Source: Gammaproteobacteria bacterium (GTDB lineage: Bacteria > Pseudomonadota > Gammaproteobacteria > SZUA-152). Taken from it: 64,000 nt of DNA. The notes under the pieces are model-generated. The model searched no databases. It was not told the DNA's origin and saw only the letters and a program-made list of their open reading frames with translations. A program made the translations under genes and the position numbers. Below, one piece after another: positions 28,577 through 38,302 of the stretch. Numbering within the stretch: the first letter of the stretch is position 1; each line of letters opens with the position of its first letter. The stretch is from positions 18-64,017 of the forward strand of contig JASFOJ010000007.1 of assembly GCA_050116575.1 (NCBI GenBank), in the 5' to 3' direction.

Positions 28577-29410
28577 TTACTGCCACGTGCTCCAGATAGG
28601 CTGGCACTCGTCAGGTAATGGTGGAATATTTCCCAGTTCCGCCCGGGCATGTTTCGGTCCGTGATAATCAGAGCCGCGGGAAGCCAGTAGTTCAAACCGA
28701 CTGGCATAGCGCGCCATGGTGTTACATTCGCTTTGACTGTGGGAACTGGATACTACCTCCAATCCAGCACCGCCACAAGATTTAAACTCATCCAGCAAGA
28801 TACGCAATTTGGTGGCGGATAACCGGTAACGGGCCGGATGGGCAACAACCGCCTGACCGCCGGCCGAGTTAATCCACTGCACCGCCTCCTCAAGCGTCGC
28901 CCATTGGCCGGGGACGTAACCGGGCCTGTTGCGCACCAGGAAACGTTTAAAGACATCCTGCAAATCTTTGGCGTAATCGTTGTCTACCAGGTAATGGGCA
29001 AAATGGGTGCGGCTGATCAGGGCACCCACAGCATGGCGCCGGGCACCGTCCAGTGCGCCGCTAATACCGTGCTTTTCCAGTCGCCGCGCAATTTCTTCCG
29101 CGCGCCAACTCCTGAAATCACGCAACTTGTGCAATCCCTGTTGCAATAGATCACAGGCCGGGTCGATTCCCAGACCCAGTATGTGGACGGTGACCCCATT
29201 CCAGGTGACCGAAATCTCCACCCCGGCGATCAACCGGATACCCTGCCGCTCGGCGGCCCGTTGCGCTTCAGCCAAACCGTCCGTCACATCGTGGTCCGTC
29301 AGCGCCAGCACATCCACTTGCCGATGCCGGGCGTGCGCCACCAGTTCCGTCGGTGTTAATGACCCGTCCGATGCAATGGAGTGGGAATGTAAATCGTAAA
29401 TCAATGACAT
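28577..29410 (-). CDS. trpH: PHP-domain phosphoesterase (TrpH/YciV, RNase AM-like)
   Basis: Begins MSLIYDLHSHSIASDG (the PHP His motif), followed by LALTDHD, GVEIS and a GSDYHG end. The track ORF N-terminal 32 aa were discarded. Confidence 0.8.
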   Translation of the reverse strand: MSLIYDLHSHSIASDGSLTPTELVAHARHRQVDVLALTDHDVTDGLAEAQRAAERQGIRLIAGVEISVTWNGVTVHILGLGIDPACDLLQQGLHKLRDFRSWRAEEIARRLEKHGISGALDGARRHAVGALISRTHFAHYLVDNDYAKDLQDVFKRFLVRNRPGYVPGQWATLEEAVQWINSAGGQAVVAHPARYRLSATKLRILLDEFKSCGGAGLEVVSSSHSQSECNTMARYASRFELLASRGSDYHGPKHARAELGNIPPLPDECQPIWSTWQ

Positions 29411-29738
29411 GGGCACTAATACTACGTGAAAATGTGTCCGGGTGAAAATACCACCAGTGCAATGGTGCGGCGGACCAATGTTGGTAAAACAACGCCGGCG
29501 AAACAATGCTGGCGGGACTGTTCGCGGCGGGTCGCGGCGGGGCCCCGGTGAATCCGCAAAAAACGGCCAATTTCACCTATTTAGCCAGGCAATAATATGG
29601 TAAATTGATGCTCCGGTTTTTTTGAATTCCGGACAACCTGGATTGTCAAACCGGCATACAAAACATAAACAATCGATAACGCAGAACCCGTAACGCCTAA
29701 CCGGCCCATTTAACTGGATATCTTAACACCCAACGACT

Positions 29739-30284
29739 ATGAAATTTCTGTTCGATTTCTTTCCCGTGTTACTGTTTTTTGTCGCCTATAAACTTTATGG
29801 CATATACACCGCGACGGCGGTGGCCATCGCGGCATCATTTATACAGGTCGGCGTGTACTGGTTTAAACACAAAAAGTTTGAAAACAGTCATCTCATCACA
29901 CTGGTTATATTGGTGTTGTTTGGCGGCGCCACCATTGTTTTGCAAAATGAGATGTTTATTAAATGGAAACCGTCGGTGGTCAACTGGATATTTGCCGTCG
30001 CTTTCCTCGGCAGCCAGTTTATCGGCAACAAAACCATCATCGAACGCATGATGGGTGCAAACATTACCCTCCCCGCCTCGATATGGCTGCGGCTGAACAT
30101 GAGTTGGGTGGTATTTTTCATTGCACTGGGTATCATTAATTTGTTCGTGGTCTATAACTTCGACACCGACACCTGGGTGAACTTCAAGTTATTCGGCATG
30201 ATGGGACTGACCATCCTTTTTATTGTTGCCCAGGCAATCTATATGTCACGACATGTACAGCCGGCGGAAATCGAAAAGAAATAA
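29739..30284 (+). CDS. yciB: intracellular septation / inner-membrane protein YciB (IspZ)
   Basis: 181 aa with 5 TM helices. Begins MKFLFDFFPVLLFFVAYK, typical of YciB. It is followed by yciI. Confidence 0.88.
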   Translation: MKFLFDFFPVLLFFVAYKLYGIYTATAVAIAASFIQVGVYWFKHKKFENSHLITLVILVLFGGATIVLQNEMFIKWKPSVVNWIFAVAFLGSQFIGNKTIIERMMGANITLPASIWLRLNMSWVVFFIALGIINLFVVYNFDTDTWVNFKLFGMMGLTILFIVAQAIYMSRHVQPAEIEKK

Positions 30285-30287
30285 AAT

Positions 30288-30587
30288 ATGTGGTATGTAA
30301 TTGTCGGCGAAGACCACCCAAACAGTCTTGATAAACGGCTGTCGGTCCGGGAACAGCATGTGCAACGCCTGAACGCACTTAAGCTGGAAAATCGGCTGTT
30401 ACTGGCAGGACCGAATCCCGCCGTCGACAACGAAGATCCCGGCGAAGCCGGTTTTACCGGCAGCATTATTGTCGCGCAATTCGAGTCACTTGAGGCAGCA
30501 AAACAATGGGCCGGAGACGATCCCTATGTCAGCGCCGGCGTCTATAAAAACGTGACCATTAAACCATTCAAAAAAGTTTTACCCTGA
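30288..30587 (+). CDS. yciI: YciI family protein
   Basis: 99 aa starting 4 nt after yciB. Pattern R..HV..L.....LLLAGP....DPY, typical of YciI-like proteins. Confidence 0.78.
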   Translation: MWYVIVGEDHPNSLDKRLSVREQHVQRLNALKLENRLLLAGPNPAVDNEDPGEAGFTGSIIVAQFESLEAAKQWAGDDPYVSAGVYKNVTIKPFKKVLP

Positions 30588-30628
30588 TTACAACCAACCG
30601 TCTGCTGATCGAACTTTCGAAGGAACTA

Positions 30629-31444
30629 TTGAATATGAATGTCTCAAAACTTCACTTGGTAGTATTAGTACTGGTTTCATGCCTTGCACTGGCAATGTCT
30701 TACAACGCGTTGGCGGAGAAAAAAGACGGTGTAGTAGCCGTGGTTAACGGCAAGAAAATTACCGCAGGCATGCTGAAAAGTTATCAAAAAAGCCGCGGTT
30801 TTATTAACAACATCTCTAAAAAACAGCAAACCCAGATGATGATCGAGGAACTGATCAACCGCGAATTGATATACCAGGACGCCGTCAAGAACGGCGTAGA
30901 CAAGAGCCAAGCGGTGCAGAATCAAATTGACCTGTTAACCAAAAATGTTGTCGCCGGCGCCATGTTAAAAAATGTCACCGAAGCGAGTAAAATCTCCGAC
31001 GATGAATTGAAAAAAGAATACAATAAACGCAAAAAGGACATGGTCACGCACGAATACAAAGCGCGTCACATCCTGGTGGATAAAGAAGATAAAGCAAACA
31101 GCATCGTGGCGAAACTCGACAAAGGCGCTGATTTTGCCGAGTTGGCGAAAAAGGAGTCCACGGGACCGAGCGCCACGCAAGGCGGCGACCTTGGCTGGTT
31201 TAAGCCGGGAGAAATGGTCAGGGAGTTTTCCGTGGCGGTGGAAAAGCTGAAAAACGGTGAGTACACCAAAAAGCCGGTAAAAACTGATTTTGGCTGGCAC
31301 GTCATTCTACGCGAAAACGCTCGCGACGTACCTCCCCCACCCTTCGAACAAATGCGCGATCAATTAAAAATGCGTGCGCAGAATATTCAGATCGAACAAT
31401 ATATCAAGTCATTGCGTAACAAAGCCAAAATCGAACGCAACTGA
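30629..31444 (+). CDS. ppiC: periplasmic parvulin-type peptidyl-prolyl cis-trans isomerase
   Basis: A signal peptide (LVVLVLVSCLALAMSYNALA) and a rotamase domain (ARHILV...GGDLGWF...GWHVILRE). The start is either TTG at 30629 or ATG at 30635. Confidence 0.8.
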   Translation: MNMNVSKLHLVVLVLVSCLALAMSYNALAEKKDGVVAVVNGKKITAGMLKSYQKSRGFINNISKKQQTQMMIEELINRELIYQDAVKNGVDKSQAVQNQIDLLTKNVVAGAMLKNVTEASKISDDELKKEYNKRKKDMVTHEYKARHILVDKEDKANSIVAKLDKGADFAELAKKESTGPSATQGGDLGWFKPGEMVREFSVAVEKLKNGEYTKKPVKTDFGWHVILRENARDVPPPPFEQMRDQLKMRAQNIQIEQYIKSLRNKAKIERN

Positions 31445-31617
31445 TCCCGCACAATTTCCTCACAAACATACGACAGCCGGATACTCTGCGCCATTGGATG
31501 TTTCCGGCTATCGTGTAATTTCTCAGGTCGACCGAAGTACCAGAACCTGGCGACTAACATTGCAAGGCGCAATGTCTTCACTTAGTTAGCTTAGCGTCCT
31601 TATCATTCACTTCAAAA

Positions 31618-32049
31618 TTAACAGTGGATACGGGAACGTGCCGCCGGCTGATGCCGTTTCTGGTTCAGATAGGACAGGTAGCCTTGCTCCATAACAAACG
31701 TATATAAATAGCCAAGCAGCACGATATATATGGCCACAAGAATTAACAGGCTCGCCAGTCCCATCAGGTCTTTAGCCAGCGACACCCCGGCGCTGTACTC
31801 AACCACCAGGTAACCGGCTTCAAAGGCAAGGAAAATGATCGGTGCCCGGTAAGCAACCTTACGGATAACGTTGGGCGGGCGCCGGGTTGACCAAAAATAC
31901 ATTACGCCAAGAAAACTCAGGTAGGGTACCGTAGTGGCCCCGATAACGGTTGCCGGAATGGCGGCCAATGCCAGCGCCACTGCCATGCCGCCCAATACTA
32001 CCGCCAATGGCAGGGTTAATGCGAGCAAAAAATAACGCCGTGTATACAT
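31618..32049 (-). CDS. hypothetical 4-TM membrane protein
   Basis: 143 aa with four clear hydrophobic helices. No family was recognised. Confidence 0.5.
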   Translation of the reverse strand: MYTRRYFLLALTLPLAVVLGGMAVALALAAIPATVIGATTVPYLSFLGVMYFWSTRRPPNVIRKVAYRAPIIFLAFEAGYLVVEYSAGVSLAKDLMGLASLLILVAIYIVLLGYLYTFVMEQGYLSYLNQKRHQPAARSRIHC

Positions 32050-32185
32050 ATAGCGTAATGATAGCGCATCGCGGCGCCAAACACACGGGGCGTAATAAAC
32101 CGCTGTTTATCAACCCCAATCGGGAGCCAACCCAACAGACAGCAATGACTTGCGGATCTGTCAATGGCCTGTCCTTTACCCCGTT

Positions 32186-32220
32186 AAAAAAGAAGGTGCC
32201 CGCAATATTGCCGGGCACCC
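32186..32220 (-). terminator. rho-independent terminator downstream of the ANTAR regulator gene
   Basis: The minus strand reads GGTGCCCG-gcaatattg-CGGGCACC followed by TTCTTTTTT. It lies about 117 nt after the regulator stop codon and 137 nt upstream of the next gene. Confidence 0.6.
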
Positions 32221-32336
32221 GAGCGAGGAGTAATTAAGCCTTAATAGAATTCGATGGAGTAACATAGTCGCCGTAACCGACAAGTACCTGCGAGAGTGCA
32301 TAAACGGCCTCCTTTGGACCCAGGGTTAACTGGATT

Positions 32337-32918
32337 TCAGGTAAACAACGTATCGACATGCACGATGTTTTTCGCCACCTCCGCCAGCCTTTGATTTTTA
32401 TCCATTGCCATTTTACGCATTAACTGAAATGCGGATTCTTCATCCAACGTGCGCCGGCGCATCAATATACCTTTAGCCCTTTCTATAATCTTGCGTTCAT
32501 CCAGTGATAACTTTGTCCTGGCAAGTTCGGATTTTATGGCACGTAACTCATTGCTGCGCGCCTCCGCCAAATCCATAATGTTCTGAATTCTTCCCGGCTC
32601 AAAGCCATCCACGATATAGGCACCGATACCAACATTTGCTGCTTCCTCGGCAAAATGTCGGTTGCTCGCCCCGGTAAACATCACCATCGGTGTCGCATAT
32701 TGGTTAATGACATGCTTCAATATTTTAAATAGTTGAAGGGTAGGAATATCCACGTTCACCACCACTGCATTGATGTCGCTGGCCGGTTTTAGATACGACT
32801 CCACCGACTCTACACCCGACTCGCAATCGACTACCTTATAACCGCTATCCATGAATGCCTGTTGAAAAGAATCGTCAGCATCACGGGTCAGATCAACCAA
32901 CAATATCTTCTTGGCCAT
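32337..32918 (-). CDS. NasT/AmiR-like response regulator with ANTAR RNA-binding output domain
   Basis: A REC-like N-terminus (KILLVD, VVVNVDIP, MFTGAS, AYIVDG) and a C-terminal ANTAR domain (ERKIIERAKGILMRRRTLDEESAFQLMRKMAMDKNQRLAEVAKNIV). The start was moved to MAKKILL, which has an AAAGG Shine-Dalgarno. Confidence 0.82.
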   Translation of the reverse strand: MAKKILLVDLTRDADDSFQQAFMDSGYKVVDCESGVESVESYLKPASDINAVVVNVDIPTLQLFKILKHVINQYATPMVMFTGASNRHFAEEAANVGIGAYIVDGFEPGRIQNIMDLAEARSNELRAIKSELARTKLSLDERKIIERAKGILMRRRTLDEESAFQLMRKMAMDKNQRLAEVAKNIVHVDTLFT

Positions 32919-33226
32919 AACCTTTAACCTTTTCAGGAAATAAACCCGAATTGATAGATTCCTGATATACGATTTCACAAGCTGTACCAACACATTGGCT
33001 TTACAAAAAACCAACTGCCAATCAATAGGTTAACTGCTTATATAATCGTTGAACTGCGGATTCCGGGGAGAAATATTCGCACCATAAACGTTCACAATAT
33101 CGCCGGCACTCATCGGAACAGTGCAAATAAAATTACCTCATGCTGCCTCAAACAACCGGAAACGGATTTGAGAATGACAAGAGTGTTATCGGTGCTAACT
33201 TGCTAAATGGGTACAATTTCAAGTGA

Positions 33227-33988
33227 TCATTGAAATTGTGTTACGCATCGGGTGTTGTCCGCGTGATATTTGCAACCGAACAAGTAATAAATGGCATTTG
33301 GTTCGGCTTTTCCATCGAGCAATATACCGGGTACCTGCAATATATACCGCATGCGTTCCTGGCAGGTATCACAAACAGGAACGTCGGGCTTTTGCACCCA
33401 GCTGACACCGTCAACCAAACGCACCTGGTGGGCGGGCTCATATTGATAGTCTTCTCTGCCAATGGTAACCAGGTAGGTCAAGGTCTGCTCAGGATAACGT
33501 GGGGATATTTTAGCTACCACCGCCAGTAGTTGCGGATTTGCGGTGATCCATTTATAGGGCGAGAACAGGCTAAGGCCATGACCTGTTTCATTATCGACCA
33601 TTGGCACCGCAATGCTAGTATATACCTTTCCCGCCAGGCGGTTTTGTTGATCAGTATTACTGTCAACAACCATATTGACGCCATTGGCGGTATCGATATG
33701 CACGACGCTGTCGGCCCAGGGAAAACCGTCGTCGGTCTGCGGCAGATAGATTTGATTGCCCGGCAACGAAGACGCCATATTGGTCCTGCCAAGAATATAG
33801 GCCTTTGATCGCCCGTCACCCATCTGCCCGATCGCTGCATACACTTCGTTAATGACCTGTTCGTCGGCGTCGTGCACCGCTTGGCGGATGGTTAGTATAA
33901 CGCGCTTTTGCCGGACCACAATAAACGCAAGCCATGACAACGAAAGCAGGAACACCGCTACAATAACAATAATGGGAATAGCAAGCAT
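33227..33988 (-). CDS. membrane-anchored protein with C-terminal YwqG/DUF1963-like module
   Basis: 253 aa. An N-terminal TM helix, and a C-terminus WVQKPDVPVCDTCQERMRYILQVPG...IYYLFGCK that resembles the DUF1963 CxxC signature. Confidence 0.55.
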   Translation of the reverse strand: MLAIPIIVIVAVFLLSLSWLAFIVVRQKRVILTIRQAVHDADEQVINEVYAAIGQMGDGRSKAYILGRTNMASSLPGNQIYLPQTDDGFPWADSVVHIDTANGVNMVVDSNTDQQNRLAGKVYTSIAVPMVDNETGHGLSLFSPYKWITANPQLLAVVAKISPRYPEQTLTYLVTIGREDYQYEPAHQVRLVDGVSWVQKPDVPVCDTCQERMRYILQVPGILLDGKAEPNAIYYLFGCKYHADNTRCVTQFQ

Positions 33989-34504
33989 GATCGGCGCGCC
34001 CTCCTGGCCACAATAAATTGAATTCCGGTATATTTAAAACTAACTGTGGTTTTGCGTTGTTCTTGTACTGTTGTTCGTTGTTTTTGTATTTTTGTTAAGT
34101 ATGCCATTTGTGCCGGCAGCCGTGATTTTTGCAGGTCCCAACAACTATGTAAATCCCTTGCGAATTTTCACTCGATACATACGGTGAACACGCCTGATGC
34201 CATCGATGATGATCGACAGGCACACGTCGTCTCATCGACCGCCGTAACACGCCCTGTCACGCGTCCACGTAACCACACCCGGGCATTTCGCAGTGCCGGC
34301 TAATTGCGTTAAGTCGCCCCGTATTGCCATCATTTGACGGTTGTTACTGCCAACGCCGGGTACAAAACGCCTCCAGCCCTCAATAGGGATTGCCTTCGAT
34401 TTAGGCCAAATTTCCGCTTAAGAATCTTGCGCCAAAGACCGTAAATAATATATGGCATTAACCGCTTACACTGTACAAATAGTACCCACAATATAGACAA
34501 CTTC

Positions 34505-35191
34505 ATGATCAAACAACAGAAAACTGTAACGGTCACCCAGGAGCAGCTGGGCACCCTGATCAATATCAGTGGCCGACAACGCATGCTGTCCCAGCGAATC
34601 GCGCTGCTTTTGCTTTACTTTGAGAAACAGGGCGACCCGGCAATCCTGCAACAACTTGATGACGCCATTGCGCTTTTTGAGAAAAGCCACCATCAACTGA
34701 CCCAAGGCGACAATAACGAAAATCTCCCGGGTGTCTTTTCAGACAACATTCACAACATGTTTTACGCGGGTAACAATGCCGCTAGTGACGTTATCGAAAA
34801 TTTTATCGATACCGCGATAACGCTCAGAAACCGTATCGCTGGACACAAAAAACTCGATGACAATTCAATAACGCACTTTCTGACTCTGTCCGCAACGTCA
34901 TTGATGGACCTGCTTAATGAAATAACGCTCACCTATCAAACCGAAGCCAAATGGCTTGCCGACAGATCCCAACAGCAAGCTAACGATAACAGAAGACAAA
35001 TCAAAACCCTGCTGGAAAATGTCACCACCATTGCCCGCCAGGCGAAAATCATCGCCTTTAACACCGCTGTGGCAGCGAGCCGGCTGGGAGAAAAAGGCGC
35101 AGAGATATCTGTCGTGGCACGTGAAATCGAAACACTCACTCAGGATATCAATTCAGAGGTCAAGGAGGTTATGCGAAAGCTGGAACTATGA
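34505..35191 (+). CDS. soluble NarX/PilJ-type sensor domain fused to a minimal MCP hairpin-tip segment
   Basis: 228 aa with no TM helix. A P-box-like LINISGRQRMLSQRI lies at residues 18-32. The C-terminal IIAFNTAVAASRLGEKGAEISVVAREIETLT matches the MCP signalling-tip consensus. Confidence 0.7.
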   Translation: MIKQQKTVTVTQEQLGTLINISGRQRMLSQRIALLLLYFEKQGDPAILQQLDDAIALFEKSHHQLTQGDNNENLPGVFSDNIHNMFYAGNNAASDVIENFIDTAITLRNRIAGHKKLDDNSITHFLTLSATSLMDLLNEITLTYQTEAKWLADRSQQQANDNRRQIKTLLENVTTIARQAKIIAFNTAVAASRLGEKGAEISVVAREIETLTQDINSEVKEVMRKLEL

Positions 35192-35293
35192 CGCAGGAGC
35201 AACAACGGTAGCCGTTATCGCCGCCGTTGCGTTATTGCGCCACAGGTTTTTGTCGCAGGTCTCAGCTTAAATGGAAATCGATAATGAGGGCGA

Positions 35294-36586
35294 TTAACGC
35301 GGACCGGATTTACCGGATCGGTTGCGACCGTTGGTCTTGCGGCTTTTGCCCCGCTGGCCACCCCTGCTTTGCTGGCTGCGCTTCTTGCGTTCTTTCTTTA
35401 ACGGCGGGTTGGGTGTAACCAAAATGTCATCAGTTACGCTTTGCGCCGGAATTTTATGTCCTATGTATTCTTCGATATCGGACAGTGAGAATGAAAATTC
35501 CTCGCAAGCAAAGCTTATTGCATCACCCGACGCACCGGCGCGTGCTGTGCGGCCGATTCGATGCACGTAGTCTTCCGCATCCTGTGGCAAATCGTAATTG
35601 AATACATGGCTGACCTCCGGGATATGCAGCCCACGCGCCGCAACGTCCGTCGCAATCAGTATGGGAATAGTGCCGTTGGTAAAACGTTTTAACAGGCTGC
35701 TGCGCTTTTTTTGCGGCACGTCACCGGAAAGCACGCCAACTTCATAGCCGTTGGTCACCAGATACCGTTGAACATCTTCGGCGGCCCGTTTGGTATTGAC
35801 GAATATCATGGTACGCGTAACGTCGTGCCCCCTGAGCAATCCCAGTAGCAACGGAATTTTTTCGTCTTGTGCGGGAAAATAGACGACTTCCTCAACATTT
35901 TCCGCGGTGATCTGCTCCGTTTCAATGACAACTTGCCGGGGATTGTTCATGTGCTCATAAGCAAGCTCGGTAACGCGAAAGGACAACGTCGCGGAAAACA
36001 GCATATTCAGGCGCTTGTCGGGATCGGGCATTCGGCGTAGCAGGTAACGAATATCGGTGATAAAGCCAAGATCAAACATGCGATCCGCTTCATCGAGCAC
36101 CATGACCTGAATGGCTTTCAGGTTAAAGATATGTTGTTTGAAGAAATCAATAACGCGTCCCGGTGTACCGATAAGAATATCCACCCCTTGCGCCAGATGG
36201 TTACGTTGCTGTTCATAGCCGGTGCCGCCAAAGGCAAGCCCCAGCGTCAGATCCGTATACTTCCCCAGTATTTCTGCATCACTATGGATCTGTATCGCCA
36301 ACTCGCGGGTGGGTGCAATGATGATTGCTCTGGGTTGATTTTTCTTACGACCGGGGGGTTCAGGTTCTCTTAACAACTTGGCAAAGGTCGCGATCAGAAA
36401 TGCAACCGTCTTGCCGGTACCGGTCTGAGCCTGTCCAGCGACATCCTCTCCCGCCAGTGAGTATGGCAACGTCTCGGCCTGGATGGGCGTGCAGTGGCTA
36501 AAACCGGATTCCCGCATACTTTGTAGCAACGGCTCGGGAATATTCAGTTTATCGATTTCTACCAATTGCGGCTGTTCAGTTGTCAA
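35294..36586 (-). CDS. rhlB: ATP-dependent RNA helicase RhlB
   Basis: 430 aa. Contains the Q-motif/[21 protein letters not shown] ([10 protein letters not shown]), SAT and [10 protein letters not shown] motifs, plus a basic C-terminal tail. It is collinear with E. coli RhlB. Confidence 0.9.
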   Translation of the reverse strand: MTTEQPQLVEIDKLNIPEPLLQSMRESGFSHCTPIQAETLPYSLAGEDVAGQAQTGTGKTVAFLIATFAKLLREPEPPGRKKNQPRAIIIAPTRELAIQIHSDAEILGKYTDLTLGLAFGGTGYEQQRNHLAQGVDILIGTPGRVIDFFKQHIFNLKAIQVMVLDEADRMFDLGFITDIRYLLRRMPDPDKRLNMLFSATLSFRVTELAYEHMNNPRQVVIETEQITAENVEEVVYFPAQDEKIPLLLGLLRGHDVTRTMIFVNTKRAAEDVQRYLVTNGYEVGVLSGDVPQKKRSSLLKRFTNGTIPILIATDVAARGLHIPEVSHVFNYDLPQDAEDYVHRIGRTARAGASGDAISFACEEFSFSLSDIEEYIGHKIPAQSVTDDILVTPNPPLKKERKKRSQQSRGGQRGKSRKTNGRNRSGKSGPR

Positions 36587-37151
36587 TGTATTAATGATTG
36601 ATCAGTGATTATTTGAAGCAAATTGTAGCGCGATGGTTCAACGGTTCTCCCGCCGGTTTTGCACCAGACAATATATACATAATGACTTGGTTGACCGGAA
36701 ATAACCGGAAGGGAACATCAAACAACGGTGCGGCTTTATAGTTGATTAGTTAATCACCATATTAACACCTTATCAAACAAAATGATACCGCATTTTAGCC
36801 TCACTTCGGCAAGACGCTGTCAATATCAAACGATGTTAAGATGTTAAGAAGAAGGATGCGCGCCCCACACCGGCAGCAATATCAAACCCCTGATTGCGCA
36901 ACCCGACCTATTATAAATTCTGTTAATATTATCGTCGTTTTATAACAAATTCTAATAGTTTTATACGTTTTTTATTGAGCGAGCACCTTGCGTTGACGGG
37001 GATAACAATGTTTACCTGTCATCATATTTACCGCCATGGGAGCGCCGCTTTGGTAAACCACGACCGGTACGACTTATATCGCTTACGGCATTACCTGGTA
37101 CTTGCCTTTGATCTTATCCGGCGCCGCTGTTCTGGCTGCCATAGCAATCAT

Positions 37152-38258
37152 GTGGTATACAATACCGTACACTGCTTGACGGTTAGCGCCATTGTGTTGT
37201 CCTTATTCGGGTTACCCGCGCCGGCTACGGCGGACAGAACAAATATAAATGGCCGGCTATCGGCAAATACCACGCTCCCTTTATCCTGGGATTTACCCGC
37301 CAATGCAATAGATACGACATCATTACCACGCTTTGCACTGGACGAAAAAGCCCAGAACAATGACCCGTTGCCGGTGTATCAACTGGCGGAAAATACTTAT
37401 TTTCTATTCGGTAGCATTGCCACACTCGATACCGACAACCGCGGCTGGAACGGCAATGCCGGCTTCGTGGTCACCAGCGCAGGCGTCGTTGCCATCGATA
37501 CCCTGGGAACCCCCAAACTCGGTGACCGCATGATTGCCACCATTCGAAGCGTGACGAACAAGCCAATCAAATACCTTATTGTCACCCACAACCATCCTGA
37601 TCACGCCTACGGGGCGGCTGCTTTTCAACGTCTCAAGGGAGTAACGGTTATTGCACATGAAGGCACTAAAGCATATAACAATTCTGCGACGCTGGAACAA
37701 TCGGTGTCTTATCGCCAAGAAATATTGCCTGTCGACATGAAAGGCTTTCAGCCAGTTGACGCTAATATTTACATTGATGGCGATGTATTTTCCAGCCGCA
37801 CAATCAAACTTGGCGACAGTGAATTTGTTATCTACAATACCGGCCACCATCATTCGTACGGCGACCTGATCGTATTGCAGGTAAATCAGCAGATCGTGTG
37901 GATTTCCGATCTCGCCTTCAATCAACGCACTACCTATATGGGCGACGGCAGCAGCGAACAAATCCTGCAGGCGCAAAAATGGCTAATGGATAATTTATCC
38001 AATGCACGGTTAATGGTTCCGGGTCACGGCGGTCCGCAAACTAAACCCTTCCCCATGGTTAAGAAAACCAATCAGTACGTAACGCGGTTGCGACGGAAAA
38101 TGATGGAAGCCGTTAAAAATGGCGAATCATTATACGATGCCGTGCAAAACAGTGATTTTCCGGACTGGAAAGATACGCGGCTTTACGAAGAAAACCATCG
38201 TGCCAATGCAAATTTTGTGTATCGCGAAATGGAAAAGAGATATTTTGATGAGTTCTAG
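37152..38258 (+). CDS. secreted MBL-fold metallo-hydrolase
   Basis: Contains HxHxDH (THNHPDHAYG) and later His ligands. A signal-like segment SAIVLSLFGLPAPATA is present. The start is uncertain: GTG at 37152 or a nearby TTG. The track ORF from 36975 is probably too long. Confidence 0.72.
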   Translation: MVYNTVHCLTVSAIVLSLFGLPAPATADRTNINGRLSANTTLPLSWDLPANAIDTTSLPRFALDEKAQNNDPLPVYQLAENTYFLFGSIATLDTDNRGWNGNAGFVVTSAGVVAIDTLGTPKLGDRMIATIRSVTNKPIKYLIVTHNHPDHAYGAAAFQRLKGVTVIAHEGTKAYNNSATLEQSVSYRQEILPVDMKGFQPVDANIYIDGDVFSSRTIKLGDSEFVIYNTGHHHSYGDLIVLQVNQQIVWISDLAFNQRTTYMGDGSSEQILQAQKWLMDNLSNARLMVPGHGGPQTKPFPMVKKTNQYVTRLRRKMMEAVKNGESLYDAVQNSDFPDWKDTRLYEENHRANANFVYREMEKRYFDEF

Positions 38259-38302
38259 CCGGACCGTCGTGCCCACATTCGAATACAACAACTTATCACT
38301 CG

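Noticed and set aside
36975-37151. N-terminal 59 codons of the track ORF for the MBL hydrolase. Similar N-terminal extensions occur on ORFs 27689-28390, 28577-29506, 32337-33014 and 49432-50871
   Set aside because: The extensions are Cys/His/Arg-rich or otherwise unlike the family N-termini. Internal starts give canonical beginnings: a signal peptide, MSLIYDLHSHS, MAKKILLVD and MTAQLL.
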